From assembly GCF_006345805.1 (NCBI RefSeq), contig NC_043000.1, positions 99,510,001-99,574,000 on the forward strand: a stretch of DNA of 64,000 bases. Direction: 5' to 3'. Below the pieces are notes generated by a model that saw only the letters and a list, made by a program, of their open reading frames with translations, searched no databases and was not told the origin of the DNA. How positions within the stretch are numbered: position 1 is the first letter of the stretch; each line of letters starts with the position of its first letter. This DNA is from Octopus sinensis (taxonomy: Eukaryota). Below are positions 25,319-38,389 of this stretch, in pieces. A program made the translations under genes and the position numbers.

Positions 25319-25673
25319 ATGAATGTATGTGTTTTACTCTTTCTGTGCCTCCACATTGCATGATAGTCGTAAACAAGTGTCACCATCCTGCAAGCAATGT
25401 CCTTCATTTCCATTGCATGGGTCAGCTGGAATTTACTGGGGCAAGTATTTGACAACTTGCTACCAATCCTCACTTATTTCCAAGTAAGGTAATGTTTACC
25501 TATGACCAGACATTTTTTCATGGAAGGACTTTGCTTGCATGGATTCTGACACTTGTTTACAACTATCTTGCTATGTGAAAGCAAGAAAATAACACATACA
25601 CACACGCACATACATATATCAAGCTTCTTTCAATTTCCTAAAATCTACTCACAAAGTATTAGTCGGCCCAGAG

Positions 25674-25931
25674 TGGAGGCATGTGGCTTAGTGATTAGGG
25701 TGTTGGACTCGTGATTGTAAGATGGTGGTTTCGATTCCTGGACTGGGCGACGTGTTGTGTTCTTGAGCAAAATCCTGCATTTCATGTTGCTCCAGTCTAC
25801 TCAGCTGGCAAAAATGAGTGATCCTGTGATAGACTGGCATCCCGTCCTGGTTGGGAATATATATATGCCATGGAAACTGGGAAACTAGCCCTTATGAGTC
25901 AGCATGACTTGAGTAGGCACCTTTTAAGGTA
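25674..25931 (+). mobile_element. SINE family C nested in an antisense family A head, 8-bp TSD
   Basis: tggaggcatgtggcttagtg (A box), ggtttcgattcc (B box), gtgttgtgttcttgagcaa. gcccagag is duplicated at 25666 and 25932. Confidence 0.85.
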
Positions 25932-27399
25932 GCCCAGAGCTACGGTAGTAAACACTTGCTCCTGGTGCTGTGCAGGGGGATTGTTAAATAGCAAGTTAAA
26001 TATTTCCTCAGGGTGAGAATTAGACACAAAAAAAAAATCACATCATAAGTGACCGTGTGATCATCAACAGACTCTACATATCAATAATGTTTGTGCATGT
26101 GCATATTAATATTTAAAAAAAAAACATTATATATCTATGTCTTTTATTTATTTGTATTTGTGTGTCTGTATTAAATTTATTTGCATGTATGCACGTTAAT
26201 ATTAAAAAAAAACATTGTGTATCTGCTTTTGTTTTTTTTTGTGTGCATATGTATGGTAATATGTTTGATCATGTGATAGTGTTAGAAATTACATAACTTA
26301 CTACAGGTATGCTATTGTATTCTACATCATCAAAATATGTGTTGCAAACAATTTTATCATTCAACAAAATATTATTATTATTATTATTATTACCTGATTA
26401 TATCTAAAAATTAATTATTTCATATTTTATTCCACATAACTTAATATAATATTATTGTAATTATACTTTATAATATGTATTTATATCTATTAAATTATCC
26501 AATTTATATTTTATCCTATTATTTTACATTATTTTAATTTTATTTGTAGTTTTTAAATACGAATTTATATGAGTGCATCCATGTTAAACATTTATCATGC
26601 CTACAGTTAAGAATTTTGTGCTTAGATTTTGAAATCTGGAAGATTTCATTAATAGAAAGATCATAACAGGTATTGGCTACTTTATAGGCTCTAACATGGC
26701 TGATGGTTTCTCACTTGGGGTTAAAATCCTTATTTTCGTCCTTTAATTGCCAAATAAATTTGCTTGGACTGGTGCTGATTGATTTATTTTTGTTTCTAAA
26801 TGTGTTTTCATGGTTGCCGATTCTTCGCTTAATAAAATTTGCCATGGAACCTATGTAATAATAATTTAGTCTCAGATTCTATTTTGCCTCTATATACCAC
26901 ACCTTTCTGTTGGCAAAAATTATTAAGCCAACAGTTATCTTTAAATTTGCAATCACAGTATTTTTGTCCTTCCCTATAAATCTGTAGTCAAAATTAATCT
27001 TCTCCATAGTGTTAGTTTTTTTCCCTTATAATTCCATGGTTAAAATTGGAGAATATGTGGGTTATCTCCCTTTCTTCACTTGGAGATCTAATTTCTTGCT
27101 TATTAGAATTGGGAATTATTCTGGTTGCTTAGATATTATCATAGCACATATTTCTATTGTTATAGAAACTGTTCAGTTTTTTTGTCATTTAGTAAATAAA
27201 TAAACTAAGAAACATTAAGATGGAAAAAACAAATTTAACTAATTCCATGTTAATTATCTCATAGTACTTATTTTCTTCAATAAAATATTTCGAAATAATT
27301 CTATTAAAAAATTTAATTAAATTACTTTTAACTTGTTTAGCAAATGGTATTATTAACCATATAATATCGTTTTTATTAGAAATTTTATTAAAATTATCT

Positions 27400-27792
27400 C
27401 AGGAGTGGCTGTGTGGTAACTAGCTTGCTTACCAACCCCATTGTTCTGGGTTCAGTCCTACTGCCTAGCATCTTGGGCAAGTGTCTTCTATTATAGCCTC
27501 GGGCCGACCAAAGCCTTGTGAGTAGATTTGGTAGACAGAAACTGAAAGAAGCCCGTCGTATATATATATATATGTGTGTGTTTGTGTATCTGTGTTTGAC
27601 CCCCAACATCGCTTGACAACTGATGCTGGTGTCTTTATGTCCCCATCACTTAGCGGTTCAGCAAAAGAGACTGATAGAATAAGTACTAGTCTTACAAAGA
27701 ATAAGTCCTGGAGTTGATTTGCTCGACTAAAGCCAGTGCTCCAGCATAGCTGCACTCAAATGGTTGAAACAAATAAAAGAAAAAGAAAAAAA
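27400..27792 (+). mobile_element. SINE family A inserted in the Penelope element
   Basis: caggagtggctgtgtggtaa ... gtgctccagcatagctgca..aaacaaataaaag. Confidence 0.9.
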
Positions 27793-27907
27793 AATTCTGG
27801 TTTATATTCATAAATGGGTATGCTGTTTAGTTTTATTTTTATGAATTTTATTATCAAGGCTTTGGGTACCGACTGCTTTATTGATTTTTAACTCTATTTT
27901 TCTTATT

Positions 27908-28715
27908 TCATCATCATCATCATCGTTTAACATCCGCTTTCCATGCTAGCATGGGTTGGACGGTTCAACTGGGGTCTGGGAAGCCCGAAGGCTGCACCAG
28001 GCCAGTCAGTTCTGGTAGAGTTTCTACAGCTGGATGCCCTTCCTAACGCCAACCACTCCGTGAGTGTAGTGGGTGCTTTTTTTGTGCCACCGACACAGGT
28101 GCCAGACGAGGCTGGCGAACGGCCACACTCGGATGGTGCTTTTTATGTGCCACCGACACAGGTGCCAGACGAGGCTGGCGAACGGCCACGCTCGGATGGT
28201 GTTTTTTATGTGCCACCGACACAGGTGCCAGACGAGGCTGGCGAACGGCCACGCTCGGATGATGCTTTTTACGTGCCACCGGCACGGAAGCCAGGCGAGG
28301 CTGTCATGGCCACGATCGGATGGTGTTTGTTACGTGCCCACAGCACGGAGGCCAGTCGATGCGGTACTGGCTACGGCCACGTTCGGATGGTTTTCTTATG
28401 TGCCACCGGCACTGGTACCACAAAAATACAAATTCCACTGATGTTCATCGATTTTGATTTGATTTGATTTTCACTTGCCTCAACAGGTCTTCACAAGTGT
28501 CCCAAGAAGGAAGGTATGCACAGGTGGACTGACTACGTCCCAGGTAGGGGCCATGGGTTATGGCCTCACGTGTCCTGCCGGGTCTTCTCGCGCACAGCAT
28601 ACTTCCAAAGGTCTCGGTCTCTGGTCATTTCCTCAGTGAGACCTAAAGCGCGAAGGTCATTCTTCACCACCTCGTCCCAGGTTTTCCTGGGTCTACCTCT
28701 TCCACAGGTTCCCTC
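27908..28715 (-). mobile_element. RTE-clade LINE 3' end (ORF C-terminus, long 3' UTR with 63-bp repeats, (GAT)n tail)
   Basis: Minus strand EGTCGRGRPRKTWDEVVKNDLRALGLTEEMTRDRDLWKYAVREKTRQDT*. Three near-identical 63-bp units at 28073-28270. Confidence 0.9.
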
Positions 28716-29562
28716 ATAATTAATAAATATGTATTCATAATCATTACTGTTATATAGATGTTGTTATAATACATAGCTTCAGGTCCTTTGCTTTTATGAT
28801 TAAATTTTAGATTTACTTGCTCTGTATTATTATCATTCATACTGTACAAGTTTTGTTCACTAATTCCGGAGTGTAATATTTTATTGTTATTTAGTGTATA
28901 TTTATTAAGACCATAATGCCTATTCTTCCTTGAGTATTTAGATTTTTGGTCACTTACCGTCTTATCCAAGATATTCCTATATTGTAGCTATTACTCAATT
29001 TGTGATATTTTAATTTTTGTTTATAAAGAGCCTTCCTATGCCAAGTTATAATAATCTATATTATTGTTAAAAATGTCCTTATTTGATGATACAAAATTTT
29101 TCTTGAAATATTCCAGACTAAAGAATTTGTGACAGATCTAGGATGATTACTTCAAACATTTTTATACCTTAGATTGGTATTAGGTTTATGGTAGGCTTTA
29201 TGCTTCACCGTACCAAAGTTTAGGTTCTCATCTAAGAAGTTGACTGAATTATGTTAATTTTCAATATTAATGGATAGACTATTGTTTTTAAAGAATTTAT
29301 GAAATTTCTTTTTATATAATTCCAGTTTCCTATTAGATAGGTTTCTAAGGGTAAAAACATTTCATCCCTATACAGAGCCCCACCTGACAAGTTCAGGAAA
29401 ATCTCTAAAGTTGAATAAAATATATATATCCACTAAATTGGTGATATGTGCCAAATCAGCTGATCCCATTGTTATATCAAAGTTGTTGCTAGTATCCTCT
29501 CTAAACGAATATTGGTTGTCAAATTTGTTTTTCTGGCAGCTAAGATAATGTTAATTTCATTC

Positions 29563-29609
<47 letters not shown>

Positions 29610-29623
29610 CATGCATACACATA

Positions 29624-30190
29624 CAGGGTGTGATAGGTAAATTGTTGCCACTTTATATTTATAATTTCATGCATACGCATTGCTTTTGATTTTGTCAACT
29701 ACACAGTATAGTAGAGTCAGTTGGGCACCATCTGTGAGAAAAACACCACCATAATGCAATTCACTCTGTCAGAAATTTGGAAATAACGTGCTGTACTGCT
29801 TGGCATTCGTGCCAGATGCTCCAATAAGAACATAATCCGAGAGTGATAAAAATCAAACATCCAGGCAACATGGTGTTTGGAGTGATGGCAACGTTATGTC
29901 TCCATTCACCTTTCCACATGGCCTCAGACTCAACATGGAGGCCTATATCAAGTGCTTGGAGGAGGTAGTGCTACCCTGGTTCAAGAGGGTGGCTGCTGAA
30001 AGACCCTATCTCTGGCAACAGGACTCTGGACCATGCCACACAAGCAGGAAAACCCAATCATAGCTGTCAGACGATTTCTGCCACCATCTAACTCCCCAGA
30101 CTACAACCTCCTTGGTTAGTATGTGTGGGGCACAGTTGAATGAGAGACCAACAAAGATGAACTGAAGACAAGGATTATGGCAGCAAACCG
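29624..30190 (+). mobile_element. maT/DD37D-like transposon relic with left TIR
   Basis: ta|cagggtgtgataggtaaattg end. Translates DGNVMSPFTFPHGLRLNMEAYIKCLEEVVLPW..PYLWQQDSGPCHTSRKTQ..SNSPDYN..YVWG, with deletions. Confidence 0.8.
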
Positions 30191-30201
30191 AGGAGGGCAA
30201 C

Positions 30202-30539
30202 AAACCATCACTTTATCGTGCTGCTACTGCATAACTCTCACTGAGAGATTTAGAAATACGATATTTCTAATTTTGTAGATCAGTGAATTTATTTCACTTG
30301 AAATTCTATAAGTTTTCAACAGCGATTTAGCACCGACAGCTAGCAAAGACAAGCTACTCCAGACTGATGAAGATCAATTACCCTGAAACTAGTCTCTGAA
30401 TGCTGGCTTTGTTGGGTGGAGGTGCTTATCTCCTCTCTTTGAAAACTTAAGGACACAGAACGCTTGGGGCTAAATAGCAGTAGCATTCTTCCCTTTCCTG
30501 GGACTGCCACATTATGTTAGTAAAAAACCATCACTGTAT
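30202..30539 (+). mobile_element. ~323-bp hammerhead-bearing unit bounded by direct repeats (retrozyme-like)
   Basis: aaaccatcact(t/g)tat at 30202 and 30525. Internal caga-CTGATGA-agatcaattaccct-GAAA-ctag-TC-tctg at 30360-30398. Confidence 0.7.
30331..30418 (+). ncRNA. Type I hammerhead ribozyme motif
   Basis: Intact core and palindromic stem III (actagt). Stem I caga/tctg, plus distal agctagca/tgctggct and ccgaca/tgttgg. Stem II is weakened. Confidence 0.75.
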
Positions 30540-32321
30540 ATGTATGTATCCGGACGTACATTTTTATATATGCTTGAAATATCGTTTCCATTTTCCCATC
30601 TAAAATTTTCACCGAGTATCATTCTAATATATTCACTGTGTATGTCTAATTGGCTTTTGTTGTTTCTTACTGATTTTTTATTCTATTTTCTATCTTCATG
30701 CTGAACACTCATATGTTGTCTCTAGTAGGAAAATCTATCATATATATATATATATATATATACCAGTAGGACCCATGGAAATTCCATAGAATGGAAAAAA
30801 TTAAGAAGACCTATTTAAGAAAGAAAGGATGATTTGCATTTTTACAGTGTTCATAGTTTAGCTTTCTTTAAATATTCTTGTCGTTCATCGACATACATTT
30901 CCTCATGTCTCCATCAGTGTTGTCTTTTTCCCCTTCTTATTATATCTCCTCACTGTTTGTCTCTGATCCGTGCTCTATATCTGCGCATCCTTTCTCAGGC
31001 AGCTTGGAACCGTGTTTGTTGTGAATCAAGAGTTTAGGCTAAATTAACCCTTATAAACAAATATCAATTTTTTAAGCCAGCAGACGATAATTGCACTTAT
31101 GCGATGGCTGCTATAAAAAATTAGTTCAATAAAAAAAATATACTTTTCAATATCAACACACCACCATCACTGCTATCTTCTCTCTCGCTTCCCCTATCCA
31201 TCTCTCTCTTCCTTTCTCTTCAGCTAACTTTCTAACCACTTAATAAGTATTCCTTCCCCACTTCACTGCACATTGTTAACACTTCTCTCTCCTTCTTTTT
31301 CTCTCATCGTCTTTTTCTCTCGTTCTTCACCTCTACCTTCAGCTGACCACATGACCATTCAGCCTAAGTGTATTAATATTAATCACCTTTCTCTACTTCT
31401 TTCTCCTTTCTTCACTCCTTTCTCTCTCACTCTTACTCCACCTCTCAAACTAATATATAATGGGTCAACAAGCAAGCAAATTTTTATATAGATAGATAGA
31501 TAAATGTATATATGTGTGTGTATGTGTGCAGGATAGGGAAACTAATATCAAAACACTTTGTGGTATAAAAACTAATATTTTGCATGTTTGGGGTTGTGAT
31601 AGATTGTTCATGAACTATGGAATAACTTCAATGAAATATTGGTGAAATGAACTACATGGAATATAGCTTTCATAACATCATAGCTGACACAGGCTATGCA
31701 AAGGCAATAGTTTATACTACATTTTAACTAAACCTAAAGCTACAGGAGATCTTTTCCATTCATCTCTCTGTATTTGCAAAAATTGCAAGCATGATCTCAG
31801 CACCTTTCTGACTGTTTTAAAATTATCCGAAATAGATCTCTACCCACCAATAATGACCAAACTTGTAGCCAAAATCCCATAGTGTGTGTTGCAGAATGAT
31901 AACTATGAATGTGAAGAATGAGTTAAGCATGAAGTCATATATTTACAGATGTTAAAGTATTCTAAAGCTATTTGGGCTGAAAGAGTGCCTCCCCCGCCTT
32001 AACTTTTTAATTACTTAAATCACATGGGAGGGAAAATGAGTATTTTTGTAGCGTAAAGAAATTTGTTGTCAACCAAGTCATCAGTTTGCTACAAATGCAG
32101 AATTATGGGCATTCTAGCCTTCCCAAATTTCTACAGATATAGTGCTTGGAGCAGATGCAAATGAAATATGTGTAATCTCATTTCATATGGATCTTAACTT
32201 TAAAAGAGCTGATTACTTGGATGCCTTTGATAAAGTTCTATTACAAAACATGATCTGAGTAAGGTTATGTTCATTCAAGACTCTGTACTAGCATAGAATT
32301 CAAAACCTAAACAGGATTATT

Positions 32322-32552
32322 TGTTTCTTTATTCCCCACAAGGGGCTAAACATAGAGGGGACAAACAAGGACAGACAAACGAATTAAGTCGATTACATCA
32401 ACCCCAGTGCGTAACTGGTACTTAATTTATCGATCCCGAAAGGATGAAAGGCAAAGTCGACCTCGGCGGAATTTGAACTCAGAACGTAACGACAGACAAA
32501 ATACGGCTACGCATTTCGCCCGGCACGCTAACGTTTCTGCCAGCTCGCCACC
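32322..32552 (-). mobile_element. Young SINE family B copy
   Basis: Minus strand ggtggcgagctggcagaaacgttagc..gagttcaaattccgccgaggtcgactttgcctttcatcctttcgggatcgataaattaagtaccag. Confidence 0.9.
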
Positions 32553-32809
32553 CTACCCAAACAGGATTATTTCAATGTCAAACTTCTACTGTTTGTCACT
32601 AAGAATGCCTGACTCAACAGATCTAAATATATTTAACTTCTGGATGTGGGATATTGTTGAGGAGAAGTCTAATGTAACAACTCACCATTAGGAAGACATT
32701 GATGTCTATAAACATAGACAAGCAATGAGGGCAAGCTCACATTTCTATAATCAGTCAATAATTACATTTTGTAACAATATTTTAATTTTTTTTTTTTTTT
32801 TACTTCGGT

Positions 32810-33230
32810 CAGTAAGTGTTATTTCCTATTAGCTTCTATCTAAAAATCAAAGTAAATGACTACTATTCCCTTCACATTTTGCTTTTGTGACCTGGACATC
32901 AGTGTTTTGAAATTGACCTATTCTCCATTAGATTTCAGACAGATTCAGCACCAAGTTACTGAAGCAGAAATATCATTATAGCAAATATTCTGCTCAATAT
33001 CACAGATTTCTTTGTCGGTTGCTTGATCTTAACTACTTGATCATGTCCCTTAGCGGTTGACAATATGTGCATCTCTGATCATGCGCAGGGATAGTGGAGA
33101 GCATTATAGCCATGTGTTGAGAGGGATTCCTTGGAGTTTGAATAAATGTAACAAAAGCAAAGTTTGAAAGAAATATTAACCATTTTTCATACTTTCAAGG
33201 AGTAAGCAAATGGGAAATAACTGTTGCTAC
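32810..33230. mobile_element. Element with long imperfect terminal inverted repeats (MITE-like)
   Basis: gttatttcctatt/aatgggaaataac and ttcacattttgcttttgtgac/gtaacaaaagcaaagtttgaa are inverted pairs. Confidence 0.5.
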
Positions 33231-33326
33231 ACAGGGACAAAAATCGTGAAAATATTCGCTAACATCTTGCTTTATGTGATGACAAATTAGCATAAAAATT
33301 TCAAGCTTCTATTTGTTTCATACCTT

Positions 33327-33735
33327 AGGAGTGGCTGTGTGGTAAGTAGCTTGCTAACCAACCACATGGTTCTGGGTTCAGTCCCACTGCGTGGCACCTT
33401 GGGCAAGTGTCTTCTACTATAGCCTCGGGCCGACCAAAGCCTTGTGAGTGGATTTGGTAGATGGAAACTGAAAGAAGTCCATCGGATATATGTATATATA
33501 TATGTATGTGTTTGTGTGTATGTTTGTGTGTCTGTGTTTGTCCCCCCAACATCGCTTGACAACCGATGCTGGTGTGTTTACGTCTCTGTAACTTCGCGGT
33601 TCGGCAAAAGATTCTGGTAGAATAAGTACGAGGCTTACAAAGAATAAGTCCTGGGGTCGATTTGCTCGACTGACGGCGGTGCTCCAGCATGGCCACACTC
33701 AAATGACTAAAACATGTAAAAGAGTAAAGAGAGAG
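33327..33735 (+). mobile_element. SINE family A, near full length
   Basis: Full head, body and tail match. Further copies lie at 19255-19610, 34745-34965 and 35203-35570. Confidence 0.9.
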
Positions 33736-35090
33736 TAGTTACAGGTTTTGAAATTTCTGAATCCAGTCTCCATTTGACTATCTTGCCCTCCTCCTCATCA
33801 TCATTTTGACATCAACTTTTCCACTGCTAGCATGGGTCAAACAGGACTACACTGGGGTGGAGTTTACTGCTGCTTGATACTCTTTCTGACACCAATCCTC
33901 ATCTGTTTTCAAGCAAAGAAATAATCCCATTGTCTATCAAACAATGAAAAGTCATCACAGTCACACAGAGAATTGGAAACAAATGAGATCCTTTGAATAT
34001 GCCTTTTATTTACAAATGTATATTGACATGTTGCACATGTCAAGAAGCATGGACCTTCTTTTGCAGTGGACTACATGCAATATTACCTGCCCTATCAGTA
34101 ATACTTTTGTTTACAATAAGTGAACACACATAAAGCAGTGATGAAATATGAGTTCCCTTATCATATGCATCATCATTATTTTAACGTCCACTTCTCCATG
34201 CTTATTTGGGTCACACCGAATTTGTTGAGGCAGATTTTCAGTGGTTGTACACCTTTACTGTCACCAACCCTCACCTGTTTTCAAGCAAGGTAATATTTTC
34301 CCATGGTTAGACATGTCCCTGTAGTTCACTGAAATAGACCAGCTTGTTCATCCTGATTGATGCCTAGAGTTTCTCCAAGAATGTCATCACTCTTATTCAC
34401 CAATAGATTTCTATATATTGCTACCATAGAGCTACAGATGTTTCCTTGCTAGCTAGGAAACATATGTAGCCTGGATTTTACTTGATCCATTCCTTCAATT
34501 TGGATTTTTATTTGCATTTGTAGCAAACCTTTTTGTAACAATGAATTATAAAAGAATTTTTTCAGCTTATCGAATTTCTATATGGGAAAAAACCTACAAC
34601 CTTCGATGTCAATAAACTATTATTGTTCCTGAAAGTTGTTTTTATACCTACAACAGACTGCTTGAAACTTACTAACTTCCTACACTTGGATCCTTGGAGC
34701 TTGCAATTACATATCAATATGATGATGATGATGATATATATGTGTGTGTGTGTCTTTGTGTCTGTATTTGACCCCCACCACTGCTTGACAACTGGTGTTG
34801 GGATGTTTACATCCCTGTAACTTGGCAACTTGACAAGAGAAACTGATAGAATAAATAACAGGTTTTAAAACAAGTACTGGGCTGAATTCTTTTGACTAAA
34901 ATTTTTCAAGATGGTGCTCCAGCATGGCCTCAGGCTAATGACTGAGACACACAAAAGATAAGAGATGTGTAACTAGGCTGGTCAATGAATGTTTTATGGG
35001 TTTGCCTATGTGTAAGTGTATACATACATACATACATACACATACATACATACATACATACATACATACATACATACATACATACACACA

Positions 35091-35133
<43 letters not shown>

Positions 35134-36048
35134 TATGCACACACACATATACACCTATAATAGCATGGAAGGTGGACATTAAATGATGATGATGATGATA
35201 TATGCAAGTATGGCTATGTGGTAAGAAGCTTGCTTCCCAACCACATGGTTCCAGGTTCAGTTCCATTGCATGGCACCTTGGGCAAGTGTCTTGTATTATA
35301 GACCAAAGCATTGTGAATGGATTTGTACACACACACACACATATATATACATACATACATACATATATGTATTTATGTATTTGTATGTGTGTGTCTGTGT
35401 TTGTCCCACCACCATTGCTTGACAATATCGGCGTGTTTATGTCCCCATAACTTAGCAGTTCGGCCAAAGAGACCAATAGAGTAAGTACTAGGCTTACATA
35501 GTATAACTTCTGGGATCGATGCTGCTCCAGTATGGGCCGTAGTTAAATGACTGGAACAAGTAAAACAATAAATGAATATGTGTAGGTGTGTCTTTGTGTA
35601 TTGAAATATGTGTGTTGTGAGGATGTTTACAGTAGGTGTGCATGTGTGTGAGAGAACTTGTATTTAAACAACCTGGTGAATATTGTTGCATGCCTTCATG
35701 TAAATAGACATATGGGTTTGCATATTTGTGTGCTGTGTCTGTGTGTGTGATGCTAGGCATGCATGTATGTATTGTCTGTGTATGGTATATATGTGTATGT
35801 ACAGGCTATGTTTGCCATGATGTGTACTGGTTTGGGAGTGTATGTGTATGTCAGTGTATGTTTGTGTGTAGGGCATAGGAATGGAGACGAGGGCTGTTGC
35901 ACATGTATGTGTGTATATACACATATATATATATATATGAATGAAAAGCCAGTGGTGGTGGTGGATTTGGTGGGCGGATGCCTGTGCAATGTCTGAATTT
36001 GTGCATCTGTATAGGGTGGGTGAACACAAACATACATGCACACGCACG

Positions 36049-36084
<36 letters not shown>

Positions 36085-36669
36085 TTTGTGTGTGTTCTGC
36101 CGCTCCACTTAAATTATGTTAAATTACTGAAGTTTTAGTCTTATCAAATTTATCTGTTTTAAAAGAGAGAAACTTAATTGAGATGATAGCACTGCAGACA
36201 TTTTTTTTTATTGCTACGTATGTATGTTTATTTGTGTATAAATGTATTTCTCTCTCCCACTCACTCTCTCTCTCTCCTCTCTCTCTCTCTATCTATCTAT
36301 CTCTCTTTCTCTATGTGTATATAGGTATATGTATACACTCTCACACGTAGTATTATCTGATGTATTTGTTTTTCTTCTCTTTTTTCTCAGCATGTATTTT
36401 CAAGGTTTATCTTTATCTCCCCTCTCTACGTATCTCAATATGTGTGTGTGTATTTCAAACTGTCAGGGTGGGATAAAGTAGGGCCCAGTTAAACCAGTGC
36501 ATAACTGATACTTATTGAAATGACCCCGGAAGGATGGAAAGCAAAACATGATCAGTTGTACACTGATGTGTGTGTGTTTTCTATATATAACTTCATATTT
36601 GTATACTTACTGTTATATATAAGTGTATGTAGTCATATAATGTTTTATATATATATATATATATATATC

Positions 36670-37274
36670 AGCGCCGCCCCGACTGGCCTCCGTGCCGGTG
36701 GCATGTAAAAGCACCATCCGTTCGTGTCCGCTGCCAGCCTCGCCTGGCCCCGTGCCGGTGGCTCGTAAAAGCACCATCCGTTCGTGGCCGTTTGCCAGCT
36801 CCATCTGGCACCTGTGCAGGTGGCACGTAAAAAGCACCCACTACACTCACGGAGGGTTGGCATTAGGAAGGGCATCCAGCCATAGAAACACTGCCAAATC
36901 AGACTGGGCCTGATGCAGCCTTCTGGCTTCACAGACCCCAGTTGAACCGTCCAACCCATGCTAGCATGGAAAGCGGACGCTAAATGATGATGATGATGAT
37001 GATACACCATCCGAGCGTGATCGTTGCCAGAGCAGCCAACTGGCTTCCGTACCCGTGGAACGTAAAAGGGCACCATTCGAGCGTGATCATTACCAACGTC
37101 ACTTCACTGGCACCTGTGCCGGTGGCACGTGTAAAAAGATTCGAGCGAGGTCATTGCCAGTACCACCTGCGAGATCAAGATTGGAGCCTGGTGCAGCCAT
37201 CTGGTTTGCCAGCCCTCAGTCAAAATCATCTAACCCATGCGAGCATGGAAAGCGGATGTTAAACGATGATGATG
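36670..37274 (+). mobile_element. Two head-to-tail RTE 3' UTR fragments
   Basis: Each has the 62-bp repeats and ends catgc.agcatggaaagcgga...gatgatgatg (at 37002 and 37274). Confidence 0.85.
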
Positions 37275-37301
37275 ATATATATATATATACATACACATAC
37301 A

Positions 37302-38335
37302 CAGACATGCAGGAAATAAATAGACACCTTTAATTTTCAGAATCTTTTTAATACGCAAAGCGAACAATTGAAATGTAATTGATAGGTAGGACTATATACT
37401 TTAGTATTTTGCCGTTTTTAATTCAGAAACTCTTTTTGGCATTGAACTGATGTGCTTTGTGATTGTCTCTTGTGGAATTTCTGCCCACTTTTCATGCAAC
37501 AATTGAAACAATTCATCTTTAGATTTAAGATTCTGCCAAGTTTTTTGTATAGCTCTATCTAGTATGCTCCAAAGATTTTCAATTGGGTTCATGTCAGGAG
37601 ATTGGCTCGGCCAAGGAAGCTTTTTGATCCCATTTTCAGTCAACCATTGTTGATTCCTTTCAATGTGTGGTATGGAGCCCCATCTTCCATGAATAAAAAC
37701 TCATTTTTCGTTATTATTGTGTGAATACATCGGAAATAGTGCTTGCTTAACCCTTTTAATACCAACCCGGCTGAAACCGCCTCTGGCTCTGTAGTACAAA
37801 TGTTTTATTTTCATAAGTTTTGAATTAAAATCTTCCACCACACCTTAGTCACAATTTATGTTCCTAACACCAGCTGAATGATAACTAAGTTATTTTACTA
37901 AATTCTTTGTTATATTTGAAGTAATTGAAAGAGACACAGAGCATCTCAAAATAAATATGGTAACGAAAGGGTTAAGTATTTCGATGTATTTTTCAGAGTT
38001 TATGGTGCCAATACATTCGATCAGAACGACCATTGCTGGTGACAGCTCTCCATACCATTTCACAGATACCACCAAGTTTCACAGTTGGTTGGAGTTGTTT
38101 CAAATTATATTCTTGATTGGGAAGCCTCCAGACCCAAATACGTCCACTGACTGAAAATAATGCAAATCTAGATTCATCTGAGAAAATCACTTTATCCCAA
38201 AATGAACTGGATTTTTCTGACATCTCCTTAGCCTATTTCTTTCTTTTCATGATATTAATCGGTTGAAGGAGAGGTTTTCTTCTAGCTGCTCTTCCATAAT
38301 AGCCAAGCTTATGCAGATACGTAACACACGTTCTT
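37302..38335 (-). mobile_element. Tc1 (DD34E-type) transposase pseudogene
   Basis: RAARRKPLL, WDKVIFSDESRF, FMEDGAPYH, LPWPSQSPDMNPIENLW. Interrupted by a MITE. Confidence 0.9.
37751..37971. mobile_element. piggyBac-type MITE with TTAA TSD
   Basis: ttaa|cccttttaatacca ... tggtaacgaaaggg|ttaa, splitting the Tc1 ORF. Confidence 0.9.
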
Positions 38336-38389
38336 GAATGCAAAGGACATGTGAAAATGAATGCAAAGGACATGTGAAAACTAGAAAGA

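Larger units (their letters stand above)
26400..29543 (-). mobile_element. Decayed Penelope-like retroelement (RT and GIY-YIG endonuclease), 5'-truncated and interrupted
   Basis: Minus strand motifs NFDITMGS (29461-29484), YRDE (29361), VNFLD (29230), SNHP (29140), IIWLIIPF (27342), then CDCKFKDNCWL..C..VVY (26893), YIG (26849), KRRIGNH..F, KFIWQLK. Many stops and frameshifts. Confidence 0.9.

Noticed and set aside
27943-28467. 174-aa ORF with repeats (and the 165-aa ORF at 22309-22806)
   Set aside because: These are antisense readings of the RTE UTR minisatellite. The 63-bp period at 28 kb keeps frames open by chance.
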